NCBI GenBank assembly: GCA_039714275.1
Contig: JBDLJO010000001.1
Location: 1-59,369 of the forward strand
Source: Chloroflexota bacterium
Lineage (GTDB): Bacteria > Chloroflexota > Anaerolineae > Anaerolineales > UBA11858
Length of the DNA: 59,369 nt
Direction: 5' to 3'
Every line of letters starts with the position of its first letter. The first letter of the stretch is position 1. Positions 17,929-27,785 of the stretch are shown piece after piece. The translations under genes were made by a program, and so were the position numbers. The notes beneath the pieces are model-generated. The model was not told the DNA's origin, did no database searches, and saw only the letters and a list, made by a program, of their open reading frames with translations.

Positions 17929-18915
17929 ATGAATTTAATTCAGGTCAATAAACTTGCGAAACACTTCAAAGTATTCCAACATCATCGCGGTGGATTTGGC
18001 GCGCTGCGCAATCTCTTTAGCCGCAAATACAATCTTGTTCGAGCAGTGGATGAAATAAATTTTAATATTGGTGCTGGCGAATTTGTTGGATACATAGGAC
18101 CAAATGGTGCTGGAAAATCAACGACGATTAAAATGTTAGCAGGATTACTGGTGCCTACCAGCGGCGAAATCATAGTAAATGGTTTCATTCCTTGGAAAGA
18201 TCGACAAAACTATGTTGCCGAAGTGGGAGCTGTATTTGGACAACGTACAACCCTTTGGTGGGATCTCCCGGTTATCGAATCGCTGTCATTGTTAAAATAT
18301 ATTTATCGAGTTCCAAACAACCGTTTTAATGAAAATTTACTAAATTTTCGAAAATTGTTAGATTTAGATTCTTTTCTCGATACTCCAGTACGCTCACTTT
18401 CCTTGGGGCAAAGAATGCGTGCTGATATTTGTGCTGCCCTACTCCACGATCCTAAGATACTTTTCCTTGACGAACCTACCATCGGTCTTGATGTTGTTGC
18501 AAAAGAGCGCATAAGAAAATTCATGAAATTGATCAATCGCGAACAAGGGACAACGGTCATCCTAACCACACACGATTTATCCGATGTTGAAAAACTTTGC
18601 CATCGGGTTCTTATCATAGATCATGGAAAATTGCTTTATGATGGCAACCTAAACAAGTTAAAAACGCGCTTTGGCGGTAATCGTCATTTAGTAGTAGAGT
18701 TTTCTGAAAAATATCCAAATTTCATCATTGATGGGGCAAAGATTATCGAACAATCGGATTTACAAACAACCTATAGTTTTGAGCGCGGTACTATCACAGC
18801 ATCAGAATTAATTGGCCGAATTTCTGCAAAGTATCGCATTCGCGATCTTGAAGTGCGCGAACCAGATATTGAAGGAACTATCCACAAAATATACGAAGAA
18901 CAATTATTAACCTAA
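17929..18915 (+). CDS. ABC transporter ATP-binding protein
   Basis: Walker A GPNGAGKST, signature LSLGQRMR, Walker B ILFLDEPT, H-loop TTHD. Confidence 0.9.
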   Translation: MNLIQVNKLAKHFKVFQHHRGGFGALRNLFSRKYNLVRAVDEINFNIGAGEFVGYIGPNGAGKSTTIKMLAGLLVPTSGEIIVNGFIPWKDRQNYVAEVGAVFGQRTTLWWDLPVIESLSLLKYIYRVPNNRFNENLLNFRKLLDLDSFLDTPVRSLSLGQRMRADICAALLHDPKILFLDEPTIGLDVVAKERIRKFMKLINREQGTTVILTTHDLSDVEKLCHRVLIIDHGKLLYDGNLNKLKTRFGGNRHLVVEFSEKYPNFIIDGAKIIEQSDLQTTYSFERGTITASELIGRISAKYRIRDLEVREPDIEGTIHKIYEEQLLT

Positions 18916-18988
18916 AAGCGAAACTAACCAGATTCAATGCCAAATATTGCTAATATTTTTTCTACAAAATATCCCCTATAATACTTTT

Positions 18989-19507
18989 ATGAACTCAGAA
19001 ATTAAAATTGATGATTGGCGAGCAGCGCTAATCCAAATTGCACATACACTCAATACAAATAATATAGATTACAAAGTAGTTGGAGGTACCGTTGCAGCTC
19101 TGTATGGCATTTCCACACCAATAAAGGATATAGATATAGAACTCAGTGCCGAAGATTCTTATCGCTTCCAGGAACTCTTTGCGGACTACATTGTTGAACC
19201 TGTTTCTCTTAGCGACAACGGAGAACATCGTTCACATTATGGTAAATTCATGATTAAAGGTATCCCAGTAGACATTATGGGTGATCCTCACCGCCGAAGT
19301 GAAAATCTTTGGGTTCCCGCATATACTTTAACTCTTGCGATATTGAAACTCAATGCAATTGACATCATGGCCCCTTGGCTGGAGGAGGAAACATTGGCCT
19401 ACATCCGGCGCGGAAAAATGGAACGAGCCGGCCTATGCTTACCCCACTGCAATCAAACTCGCCTATTGGCATTGTTGCAAGGCAAACAACTGACCAATGT
19501 CATCTAA
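18989..19507 (+). CDS. nucleotidyltransferase-fold (Pol-beta superfamily) protein
   Basis: GG-x7-YG..x..DIDIEL pattern (VVGGTVAALYGISTPIKDIDIEL). ATG 18989 is preferred over the upstream TTG. Confidence 0.4.
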   Translation: MNSEIKIDDWRAALIQIAHTLNTNNIDYKVVGGTVAALYGISTPIKDIDIELSAEDSYRFQELFADYIVEPVSLSDNGEHRSHYGKFMIKGIPVDIMGDPHRRSENLWVPAYTLTLAILKLNAIDIMAPWLEEETLAYIRRGKMERAGLCLPHCNQTRLLALLQGKQLTNVI

Positions 19508-19623
19508 TCTATATATTCTTGAATTCGAAGAACGTTAGTACAAAACCCAAGGAAGCTCAATAATTCAATCAGTTCTTTTGTATAGGTTTCCCTTGCCCAA
19601 AAAATATATACTCAAAGTATTAT

Positions 19624-20325
19624 CTAAAACAGCATATATCCAACAATAATTGCCGCCAAAGCAATAGTTAGATTATCCACATCTCGAAACGGAAGCGATT
19701 CAACGAGCATGCCAGCAAAGGCAATAATCAATATAGGTACAGCATAAATATTAAATGGACCAGCAAATACACCCCTTGAGACAAAGACCGCGATTACAAA
19801 TGCACTCAACAGCCATCCACCCATCAAAACCCCCAACGATCCAGCAATTGATTTTTGCCGGCTCCAAAACAGCTTTGGCGATTTTATCTTTCTCCCAACA
19901 ACATCCGCTATACCGTCACCACCGCACATTAGCATTAAAGCAATTATGCCTATCGGGTTGTCTTTCCAGAAAATCAATGTGACAAGTACGAAAACCAAAC
20001 CGTAAAATAATGGTCCGCGCAAGATTTCGCGCCGATCACCTGACCGAGACATTGCTTTTACGGCAGCATCATCCTTCAAAATACCCATGCCGATCATTAC
20101 AAACTGAATTGTAATGGCAAATGGCACCAAGGCCGCAAGCCATCGGGCTGAAGGAGCATCATCAAACAGCAGCCAACATAAAACAAAAATTGGTCCAGTT
20201 CCAATATGAATTATCTTTCTACTTAAACGTGATTCAATCCAGCCTCGATGTGCGAAAAAATCCATTACCCGCAACCAGCCAAGGGCTGCTGCAAAAGTAA
20301 TCACGAGTGCAATTGTATTGTTCAT
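19624..20325 (-). CDS. polyprenol/phytol/dolichol kinase family membrane protein (CTP-dependent, CdsA-like)
   Basis: 233 aa with about 6-7 TM segments. Motifs RKIIHIGTGP and CGGDGIADVVGRK..KSIAGS are typical of phytol-kinase/DolK-type proteins. Confidence 0.6.
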   Translation of the reverse strand: MNNTIALVITFAAALGWLRVMDFFAHRGWIESRLSRKIIHIGTGPIFVLCWLLFDDAPSARWLAALVPFAITIQFVMIGMGILKDDAAVKAMSRSGDRREILRGPLFYGLVFVLVTLIFWKDNPIGIIALMLMCGGDGIADVVGRKIKSPKLFWSRQKSIAGSLGVLMGGWLLSAFVIAVFVSRGVFAGPFNIYAVPILIIAFAGMLVESLPFRDVDNLTIALAAIIVGYMLF

Positions 20326-20383
20326 CTATATTCTCCTGTTTTTATTATTTAGTGTGCAAACCCTTTTGAACGAGAAAAGCAAC

Positions 20384-21670
20384 ATGACAATTAATTACGG
20401 TAAGTCTCTGATAGAAAATGCACTTAAAAATTATAACTTACACAAACCATCTAGCAGGCGGATTGCTTTACGAATCAAACCTACTGCAGAACGCGCTCTG
20501 CGAAACGGTCACCCCTGGCTCTTTGAAGATGCGATCCTTGAACAAAGCCACGAAGGTAGTCCGGGAGATTTAGCAATCGTTTTTGACAAAAAGCGCCGGT
20601 TTTTAGCTGTAGGATTATATGACCCTCGCGATTCAATCCGTGTCCGCATATTACAACACAAGAAACCAGCCCCAATCAATCAAGATTGGTTCAAAAAGAA
20701 TCTTGCCCTTGCAAAAAAACGACGGCAGCCGCTGATTACTGGATCCCCAGAAACCACTACCACAGGTTATCGCCTTGTGCATGGAGAAAATGATAGTTTC
20801 CCAGGGTTGGTTCTTGACCTATATAATCAAAGTGCTGTTCTTAAGCTCTACACTCCAGCATGGATTCCTCACCTAGAAGATTTTCTTTGCGCCCTCCAAA
20901 ATACAGCCCCTGTTGAGCGTATAGTATTGCGCCTAAGCAGGGCCATGATGGAACATCAGCAGAGTTTGCACGGTTTACAAGATGGCCTTATTCTAATTGG
21001 GACAACCATAAATCACCCAATATTATTTCATGAAAATGGATTGATTTTCGAGACAGACCCTATTCGTGGCCAAAAAACAGGCTTCTTCCTTGATCAACGC
21101 GATAACCGTGCAAGGGTGGGAAAACTTTCCAAAGGAAAATCAGTATTGAATGTATTTGCTTATACCGGGGGGTTTTCAGTTTACGCTGCACGCGGAGGGG
21201 CCAAGAAAATCATTAGTCTTGACCAAAGCAACCATGCTCTCGAAACAGCTGTCCGAAATTTCTCACATAACAATAAAATCCCTGATGTTTTATCCGCTAA
21301 ACATGAAATTATGGCTGATGATGCTTTCGCTGCAATGAATAAAATGAAAAACGAGAGCCGCCGGTTCGATATGGTAATTGTTGATCCGCCAATGTTTGCC
21401 CAAAAAAAAGCACAAGTCTCAAAGGCTATTCAAGCTTATAGACGATTAACACAATTAAGTTTGAGCTTGCTGTATCCTGGTGGAATCCTTGTGCAAGCTT
21501 CTTGTTCAAACCCAATTGAAGCTGCTCTCTTCTTCAAAAATGTTCAACAATCCGCTTTACAAATGGGTCGCCCCATAACCGAGATAGAACGCAGTCAACA
21601 CGCACTTGATCATCCCATTACATTCAAAGAGGGAGCTTATTTGAAATGCATTTTCGCCTTTGCGCCATAA
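20384..21670 (+). CDS. class I SAM-dependent rRNA (cytosine-C5) methyltransferase, RlmI-like (PUA + MTase)
   Basis: N-terminus RNGHPWLFEDAI (PUA-like), GYRLVHGENDSFPGLVLDLY, MTase core VLNVFAYTGGFSVYAA ... VIVDPP. ATG 20384 avoids overlap with the divergent gene. Confidence 0.7.
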   Translation: MTINYGKSLIENALKNYNLHKPSSRRIALRIKPTAERALRNGHPWLFEDAILEQSHEGSPGDLAIVFDKKRRFLAVGLYDPRDSIRVRILQHKKPAPINQDWFKKNLALAKKRRQPLITGSPETTTTGYRLVHGENDSFPGLVLDLYNQSAVLKLYTPAWIPHLEDFLCALQNTAPVERIVLRLSRAMMEHQQSLHGLQDGLILIGTTINHPILFHENGLIFETDPIRGQKTGFFLDQRDNRARVGKLSKGKSVLNVFAYTGGFSVYAARGGAKKIISLDQSNHALETAVRNFSHNNKIPDVLSAKHEIMADDAFAAMNKMKNESRRFDMVIVDPPMFAQKKAQVSKAIQAYRRLTQLSLSLLYPGGILVQASCSNPIEAALFFKNVQQSALQMGRPITEIERSQHALDHPITFKEGAYLKCIFAFAP

Positions 21671-21856
21671 TAGCCACATCTGCTTTTGCGAACTCTTCGA
21701 AAACCTGTCTGTAATTTTCTCCCCATCCATTTTTAGACTACCGAAAAATCAGATGAAAAGAAACCTTAAAAGTGTGCGGGTCCAATTTATCTTGCTAATG
21801 TATATGATAAACTAGGCGCTATTCGCATTAAGCTATTTCCATCTAAGGGAAGCACC

Positions 21857-22975
21857 ATGCAAGTCCGCAAAATTGAAAACAGTAATCAACGCGATATTCG
21901 TAAATTTATCCAATTTCCATTTGATCTTTACCGCAATAATTCCCTTTGGGTTCCTCCCATGCGCTCCGAAATAAAATTCTCACTAAACCGTCAGCAATTT
22001 CCGTTTTACAGGCATTCCGAAGCTGATTTCTTTATCGCTGAAAGCAATGGAAAAATTGTTGGCCGCATCTCAGTAATCAATAATCGTAATTATAATGAGT
22101 ACAATAAGACAAAAACTGCATTTTTCTACTATTTTGATGTAGTTAACAACCAAGATACCGCCGATTTGCTGTTTGAGACTGCTTCCAAATGGGCACAAAA
22201 ACGTGGGTTAACTAAGATATTCGGACCAAAAGGGCTGCTGCAAACGGACGGAAACGGATTGCTTGTTGAAGGGTTTGAACATCCTCCCGCGATGGGCATA
22301 GCCTATAACTATCCTTATTATCATGATCTAGTCACAAATGCCGGCTTTACACCAAAGGTAAATTATTTATCCGGCTTGCTAAGTGCTGAAATGGAGCTTG
22401 AACAACGAGTTTTTGATTTGTCAGAACGCATCATGCAGAAACGCGGTTTTCGCGTTGAAAAATTCAATAGCAAAAAATCTCTACTTGAATGGGCTCCAAA
22501 ATTAAAAAATGTTTATAATGCCGCTTTTGATGGTGAGAACGTTTTTTCACCAATCACGACTGCCGAAATGGAACACATTTCAAAGCGTTTACTTTCCTTC
22601 GCCGACCCAAGATTAATTAAGCTAATCTTCAAGGGCGATGAGATAGTTGGATTTTTATTTGCCTATCATAATATCAGTGAGGGCTTGCGTAAGACGAACG
22701 GCAGCTTGTGGCCTTTGGGATGGTTTCATATTTGGCGCGCATTTAAAACTACAAAGTGGGTTGATATTAATGGTATTGGTCTGCTCCCCAAATACCAGGG
22801 CCTGGGTGGCCCATCGATACTTTATGTTGAGTTGGAAAAAACGATCCGGGATTTCGGTTTTAATTTTGCTGAAACCATTCATATACGCGACAATAACATC
22901 AAGAGCATGGCCGAGATGAAGGCATTAGGGGTTAAATGGTATAAACGCCACCTGGTTTATCAAAAAGATATCTAA
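21857..22975 (+). CDS. GNAT-superfamily N-acyltransferase-like protein (372 aa)
   Basis: N-terminus FIQFPFDLYRNNSLWVPPMRSEI..FPFYRHSEADFFIAESNGKIVGRISVI matches a widespread ~370-aa putative acetyltransferase family. Assigned from recollection only. Confidence 0.45.
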   Translation: MQVRKIENSNQRDIRKFIQFPFDLYRNNSLWVPPMRSEIKFSLNRQQFPFYRHSEADFFIAESNGKIVGRISVINNRNYNEYNKTKTAFFYYFDVVNNQDTADLLFETASKWAQKRGLTKIFGPKGLLQTDGNGLLVEGFEHPPAMGIAYNYPYYHDLVTNAGFTPKVNYLSGLLSAEMELEQRVFDLSERIMQKRGFRVEKFNSKKSLLEWAPKLKNVYNAAFDGENVFSPITTAEMEHISKRLLSFADPRLIKLIFKGDEIVGFLFAYHNISEGLRKTNGSLWPLGWFHIWRAFKTTKWVDINGIGLLPKYQGLGGPSILYVELEKTIRDFGFNFAETIHIRDNNIKSMAEMKALGVKWYKRHLVYQKDI

Positions 22976-22994
22976 TGCTCAAAGGATTCAAGAT

Positions 22995-23387
22995 ATGCTT
23001 AAAATTAATGACAGTGCTTCATTGACCAAAACCTTCAGCGATAACGATGTGCGCACTTTTGCGGAAATTTCAGGTGATGTTAACCCAGTTCACCTTGATG
23101 ATGACTTCGCTGCAGCAACTCGTTTCGAGAAACGCCTTGTCCATGGCATGCTCACAGCTGGTCTAATCTCGGCTGTTTTAGGCACACAACTTCCGGGACC
23201 GGGCAGCGTTTATATTCGCCAGATCATCAATTTCCGGGCACCTGTATTTATCAATGATACGATCACGGCAACAGTGACGGTTGCTAACCTACAAGATGAG
23301 AAACCCATTGTAACCCTGAAAACAATCTGTAAAAACCAGGACGATGTGGTAGTACTAGATGGTGAAGCAGTGCTTTTAAAACCTTGA
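22995..23387 (+). CDS. MaoC-like (R)-specific enoyl-CoA hydratase / hotdog-fold dehydratase
   Basis: FAEISGDVNPVHLDDDFAA..RFEKRLVHGML motif; 130 aa. Confidence 0.8.
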   Translation: MLKINDSASLTKTFSDNDVRTFAEISGDVNPVHLDDDFAAATRFEKRLVHGMLTAGLISAVLGTQLPGPGSVYIRQIINFRAPVFINDTITATVTVANLQDEKPIVTLKTICKNQDDVVVLDGEAVLLKP

Positions 23388-23395
23388 TTTTTCTC

Positions 23396-24232
23396 TTATA
23401 AATTCACCATTTGATTACTTATTTCCCACAAAAGATGAGCACTTGCTAAATCATAACTAGCAGGATTTGAGCATACTGCTTCTTCACGAACAAAGTATTT
23501 CCCGCTTACACCTTCCACTTCCGGTGAGCAGGCTAAATAAATATTGGTTAGCGCGCCGTCCTCAGGCGTTAACTCATTTCGAGTAATAAAAGACCATATC
23601 TTGCTAATTAACCAGCCATTATTGTTACCAATATTTGTTGATACAAGTCCGGGATGCACGGCATTAACCGCAATATCTGTATTATTAAGTTGACGCGCTA
23701 GTTCATAGGAAAACAAAATATTTGCCAACTTAGAGCGTCCATAGGCTTTCAAACCATGATAACGATACTCATTTTGTAAATCTTTAAAATTCAGTTGATG
23801 TTTTTTATGTGCATTAGAAGACACAATGACAACACGAGCCGCAGCGCTTGCCTTTAAAGAATCCATTAAAAGATGCGTTAGTAGAAAATAGCTGAGATGA
23901 TTCAAGGCAAAGGTCATTTCAATGCCATCTACGCTTAGCTTGCGTTTGAAAAAGAATCCACCCGCATTATTCACCAAAACGTCTAATCGATCAAATTTTG
24001 TTTTAAATTCTTCAGCAAGCCGATGAATTTCAGCCTGACTAGAAAGATCGGCTAATAAATATTGCACATTAGTAGCAGGAATTTCTTCCCGAATTTTTAA
24101 CACTACCTTTTCCGAACGTTCTCGATCACGGCCTACTAAAACTACAATTGCACCTTGGCGAGCAAGTTCCAAAGCAGTGACTTCACCAATCCCTGATGTA
24201 GCTCCAGTGACCATGCAGATTTTTTCCTGCAT
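23396..24232 (-). CDS. SDR family oxidoreductase
   Basis: TGATSGIGE cofactor motif, NNAG, Y-x3-K (YGRSK). ATG 24232 has a GAGGAG SD. Confidence 0.85.
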   Translation of the reverse strand: MQEKICMVTGATSGIGEVTALELARQGAIVVLVGRDRERSEKVVLKIREEIPATNVQYLLADLSSQAEIHRLAEEFKTKFDRLDVLVNNAGGFFFKRKLSVDGIEMTFALNHLSYFLLTHLLMDSLKASAAARVVIVSSNAHKKHQLNFKDLQNEYRYHGLKAYGRSKLANILFSYELARQLNNTDIAVNAVHPGLVSTNIGNNNGWLISKIWSFITRNELTPEDGALTNIYLACSPEVEGVSGKYFVREEAVCSNPASYDLASAHLLWEISNQMVNL

Positions 24233-24335
24233 TGATACTCCTCGATTATTAATTAAGAATACACTCATTTGCAAGCATCATTAGTATACCTTGTGTAAGT
24301 TATAATTATGTAATTATTATGATTGGAGTATAAAA

Positions 24336-25148
24336 TTGCGAAATTATTTTCAGCGTCACATCGCTTTGACAAGCGAACATGGATCATGGGTTTTTCTGCT
24401 TAGTCCTTTGTTGATTGGTTTATTTGCAGGAAAAAATTGGTCCTCAATCTCTTTTTATCTTTTCTTTGCAGCACTCTCGGGCTTCCTTGTCCGTCATCCA
24501 ATCACCATTGTAGTCAAAGTTTATAGCGGTCGTCGTCCAAAACGCGATATGCCGGGAGCCATTTTTTGGATCATCATATACAGCCTTTTTGGGTTAGCAA
24601 TGATATTCGGCTTGGTTTTGCGCGGCTTCAGCTATTTGCTTTATCTAACCATTCCTGGCATGCTGGTTTTCATTTGGCATTTATATTTGATCAGCAAGCG
24701 TTCAGAACGACGCAAAATCGGCATTGAAGTTGTCGCCAGTGGTGTTTTAGCTTTAGCTGCTCCCGCCGGGTTGTGGATTGGCCTGGGATATCTAGACAAT
24801 TTAGGTTGGTGGCTTTGGATGTTGACCTGGCTGCAATCTGCTGCATCCATTGTATATGCTTACGCACGCTTAGAACAGCGTGGTTGGGATCATGTACCAT
24901 CATTGGAAAAACGGCTAAAATCTGGTAGACGGGCGATTTTATATACAAGTTTTAACCTAATTTTCGTGTTGATTCTCAGTATCCTCAGGCTGTTATCTCC
25001 CTGGCTTTTTATTCCTTATTTGCTGCAATGGCTTGAAACCCTTTGGGGTACGGCGAAACCAGCCGTAGGCCTAAAACCCACCACAATCGGCTTCCGGCAG
25101 TTAACTGTAAGCACACTTTTCACAATTGCCTTTATTTTGACCTGGTAA
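24336..25148 (+). CDS. YwiC-like membrane protein
   Basis: TTG start with GGAG SD. N-terminus SEHGSWVFLLSPLLIG; about 8 TM segments. Confidence 0.55.
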   Translation: MRNYFQRHIALTSEHGSWVFLLSPLLIGLFAGKNWSSISFYLFFAALSGFLVRHPITIVVKVYSGRRPKRDMPGAIFWIIIYSLFGLAMIFGLVLRGFSYLLYLTIPGMLVFIWHLYLISKRSERRKIGIEVVASGVLALAAPAGLWIGLGYLDNLGWWLWMLTWLQSAASIVYAYARLEQRGWDHVPSLEKRLKSGRRAILYTSFNLIFVLILSILRLLSPWLFIPYLLQWLETLWGTAKPAVGLKPTTIGFRQLTVSTLFTIAFILTW

Positions 25149-25228
25149 AGTAATATCCTTCGCAACCAATCACCCAATTTAGGGTTATTATGCACAACAA
25201 ACATTATTATCTACCTTGGAGGAGATCT

Positions 25229-25567
25229 ATGACTGAAAACCCAACCCCCCCTGAAATGACTAGTGACCCTGAAATCACTAGTGACGATAAGCTATGGGCG
25301 ATGCTTGCGTATGTGTTTTCCCCTATCGTGCCTATCATCTTGATGTTCATCGAAGATAAAAAAGACCGTCCTTTTATCAAAGAACATAATGTTCAGGCAC
25401 TTATTGTGGGTGTGCTCACTACCATTGTCGCTGCGACTGTAGTTTTGTCTTGCGTTGCACTGCCAATGTGGTTGGTAATGCTTTATTGGGGCATCCAGGC
25501 TTATCAAGGCAAATCGGTAGAAATTCCCCTTCTAACCAAATTCGTCAAGGATCAGGGCTGGGCATAA
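25229..25567 (+). CDS. DUF4870-like small membrane protein
   Basis: GGAGG SD before ATG 25229. LWAMLAYVFSPIVPIILMFIEDKKDRPFIKEHNVQAL matches the DUF4870 pattern. Confidence 0.6.
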   Translation: MTENPTPPEMTSDPEITSDDKLWAMLAYVFSPIVPIILMFIEDKKDRPFIKEHNVQALIVGVLTTIVAATVVLSCVALPMWLVMLYWGIQAYQGKSVEIPLLTKFVKDQGWA

Positions 25568-25584
25568 TCCTGAGATCCATTAAC

Positions 25585-25630
25585 AAAAAAGTTCCGCTTT
25601 TTCGAAAAGAGAAGCGGAACTTTTTTATTT
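25585..25630 (+). terminator. rho-independent terminator
   Basis: 9-bp perfect stem GTTCCGCTT (25591-25599) / AAGCGGAAC (25612-25620), extendable with wobble pairs, followed by TTTTTT. An A-tract upstream suggests it may act bidirectionally. Confidence 0.8.
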
Positions 25631-25667
25631 TCAACATATCTATTTATCTAATTGTCTGACAAATTAC

Positions 25668-25696
25668 TTGACTTTTAGGCTTCATCCCTTTAAAAT
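25668..25696 (+). promoter_or_regulatory. sigma-70-type promoter for the glycine riboswitch/gcv operon
   Basis: TTGACT (25668-25673), 17-nt spacer, TAAAAT (25691-25696), about 20 nt upstream of the first aptamer. Confidence 0.6.
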
Positions 25697-25715
25697 TATT
25701 AATACAGTATAACCA

Positions 25716-25930
25716 GAATTCGGGGAGAGACTCGATCCTGTATTGAGCACCGAAGGGGCAAGCCTTGCGCGAAAACGCTTTGTGAAACTCTCAGGTATAA
25801 AGGACCCGGTTCTTGGCAACCCTCTGGAAAGTCGTTCCATTTTTAAATGTTGAATGACACCGACGGGGCAAATCCTAAACCTATTATGATTTTTAGATTT
25901 TGGGATGAATCTCTCAGGTTTACGACAGAG
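25716..25930 (+). promoter_or_regulatory. tandem glycine riboswitch (two aptamers)
   Basis: Aptamer 1: GGGGAGAG ... GCACCGAAGGGGCAA ... CTCTCAGGTATAAAGGAC. Aptamer 2: CTCTGGAAAG ... ACACCGACGGGGCAA ... CTCTCAGGTTTACGACAGAG. Located directly upstream of gcvH. Confidence 0.9.
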
Positions 25931-25966
25931 CGCACGTGTTGTTTACGCGTGCGCTTTTATTTTTAT
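25929..25966 (+). terminator. riboswitch expression-platform terminator
   Basis: Stem AGCGCACG (25929-25936) / CGTGCGCT (25948-25955) followed by TTTTATTTTT. The 5' arm abuts or overlaps the 3' strand of aptamer-2 P1. Confidence 0.75.
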
Positions 25967-25996
25967 CATCTAATTTTTTGACTTCGGAGGTCAACT

Positions 25997-26383
25997 ATGG
26001 ACACCCCTAAAGACTTAGTATTCACATCCAATGACGAATGGGTTCGTGTTGAAGGAGATACCGCAACTATAGGCATTACTGACTACGCGCAAGATCAGCT
26101 TTCTGACATTGTTTTCGTTGAATACCTTGTTGACGAAGGCGAAGATATCGATAAAGGTGATGCATGTGTTACCGTTGAATCAGTTAAGGCTTCTGCTGAG
26201 GTTTATATGCCATTAAGTGGGGAAATACTTGCCATCAATGAAGACCTCACAGAAATACCTGAAAAGGTCAACAGCGACCCGTATGGGGCTGCCTGGATGG
26301 TCAAAGTAAAAATAAGCGACACCAGCGAATTAGCTGAGTTACTTGATTTGGCGGCTTACAATGCTTTAGACCGCGATCATTGA
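25997..26383 (+). CDS. gcvH: glycine cleavage system H protein
   Basis: 128 aa. Lipoyl-lysine motif VESVKASAEVYMPLSGEI. GGAGG SD. Confidence 0.95.
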   Translation: MDTPKDLVFTSNDEWVRVEGDTATIGITDYAQDQLSDIVFVEYLVDEGEDIDKGDACVTVESVKASAEVYMPLSGEILAINEDLTEIPEKVNSDPYGAAWMVKVKISDTSELAELLDLAAYNALDRDH

Positions 26384-26438
26384 TCGAGTTTAACCATTCA
26401 ATAGTTTTTTTTCGTAATTGCTGCATAAAGGAGCACGC

Positions 26439-27785
26439 ATGTTTTTACCCCATACCGATTCTGATCGGGAGGCGATGCTGCGCACAATTGGCGTAGAACG
26501 CATGGAAGATCTCTTTCAGAGTCTCCCCACTGCCAACCTCTTCCCCAATTTAAGTCTCCCCGATGGTTTGACTGAAATGGAAGCTCAAGGGGAATTGCAA
26601 CATATTGCATCAGCCAATGAAACAGCACAAGACTTGGTTTCTTTTCTTGGTGCCGGAGTATATAACCATTACTGCCCCAGCGTGGTGGATTCAATTTTGC
26701 GCCGGGGGGAGTTTTACACAGCCTATACCCCTTACCAACCTGAAATTTCTCAGGGAACACTTCAAGCCATTTTTGAATACCAAAGTCTAATTGTCAACTT
26801 AACCGGCATGGAGGCTTCCAACGCTTCTCATTACGATGGTGCTACAGCAATTGCCGAAGCCGTCAATATGGCATATCACGTACACCGCACTAAGCGCAAA
26901 AAGATCATTCTATCCCCTGGACTCCATCCGCATCACCGAGAAACAGTTCACACATATATTCAAGACTCCAGCATCCAGATTGTTGGTGAAAATCTATCTA
27001 TTGAAGCAGGACCTGAAGAAATCATAAATCTCATTGACCAAGATACTGCCTTGGTGGTGATGCAATACCCTGATTTCTTCGGACGCATCTACGATTTTAG
27101 TGCATTAGTCGAAGCTGCTCATGCTGCTAAAGCTTTGGTTGCAGTTCATGTGAATCCACTTGCTCTCGGTATGCTTACCCCTCCTGGTGATTTTGGCGCT
27201 GACATTGTCACAGGTGAAGGTCAATCGCTAGGTATTCCGATGTCATATGGCGGCCCTTATTTAGGAATATTTGCTACACGCAGCAAATACGTCCGGAAAA
27301 TGGCAGGGCGTTTAGTTGGTGAAACCACTGACAGCAAGGGTCAACGTGGATATGTTTTAACATTGAGTACACGTGAACAACATATCCGTCGCGAGCGCGC
27401 GATTTCCAATATCTGCAGCAATCAAGGACTGCTTGCATTGGCCGCAGGTATATATATGTCATTGCTCGGAAAAAATGGGTTACGACAAGTTGCAGAATTA
27501 AATTACCATAAAGCCCATTACGCTGCACAAAAAATTGCAGCTATCCCTGGATTTGAAATTGCATTTGAAAGCCCTTTTTTCAATGAATTTGCAGTGCGTT
27601 GTCCTCGTCCTGCTGCAGAAATTGCTGATCATTTACTTACACATCATGACATCATAGCAGGCTATGACCTCGGCCAAGATTATGATGGCATGGAAAATCA
27701 TTTACTTATCGCAGTCACTGAAATGAATAGTCGCGAAGAAATTGACTATCTCGTGGAAACATTATCGGAGGAACCCCATGCCTGA
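26439..27785 (+). CDS. gcvPA: glycine dehydrogenase (aminomethyl-transferring) subunit 1
   Basis: N-terminus MFLPHTDSDREAML; FLGAG.Y.HY.P; YTPYQPEISQGTLQ. ATG 26439 has an AAAGGAG SD. Confidence 0.95.
   Translation: MFLPHTDSDREAMLRTIGVERMEDLFQSLPTANLFPNLSLPDGLTEMEAQGELQHIASANETAQDLVSFLGAGVYNHYCPSVVDSILRRGEFYTAYTPYQPEISQGTLQAIFEYQSLIVNLTGMEASNASHYDGATAIAEAVNMAYHVHRTKRKKIILSPGLHPHHRETVHTYIQDSSIQIVGENLSIEAGPEEIINLIDQDTALVVMQYPDFFGRIYDFSALVEAAHAAKALVAVHVNPLALGMLTPPGDFGADIVTGEGQSLGIPMSYGGPYLGIFATRSKYVRKMAGRLVGETTDSKGQRGYVLTLSTREQHIRRERAISNICSNQGLLALAAGIYMSLLGKNGLRQVAELNYHKAHYAAQKIAAIPGFEIAFESPFFNEFAVRCPRPAAEIADHLLTHHDIIAGYDLGQDYDGMENHLLIAVTEMNSREEIDYLVETLSEEPHA

Noticed and set aside
26398-26760. 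120-aa minus-strand ORF spanning the gcvH-gcvPA junction.
   Set aside because: It is antisense to gcvPA, which has clear P-protein motifs and an AAAGGAG SD. It has no recognisable domain.
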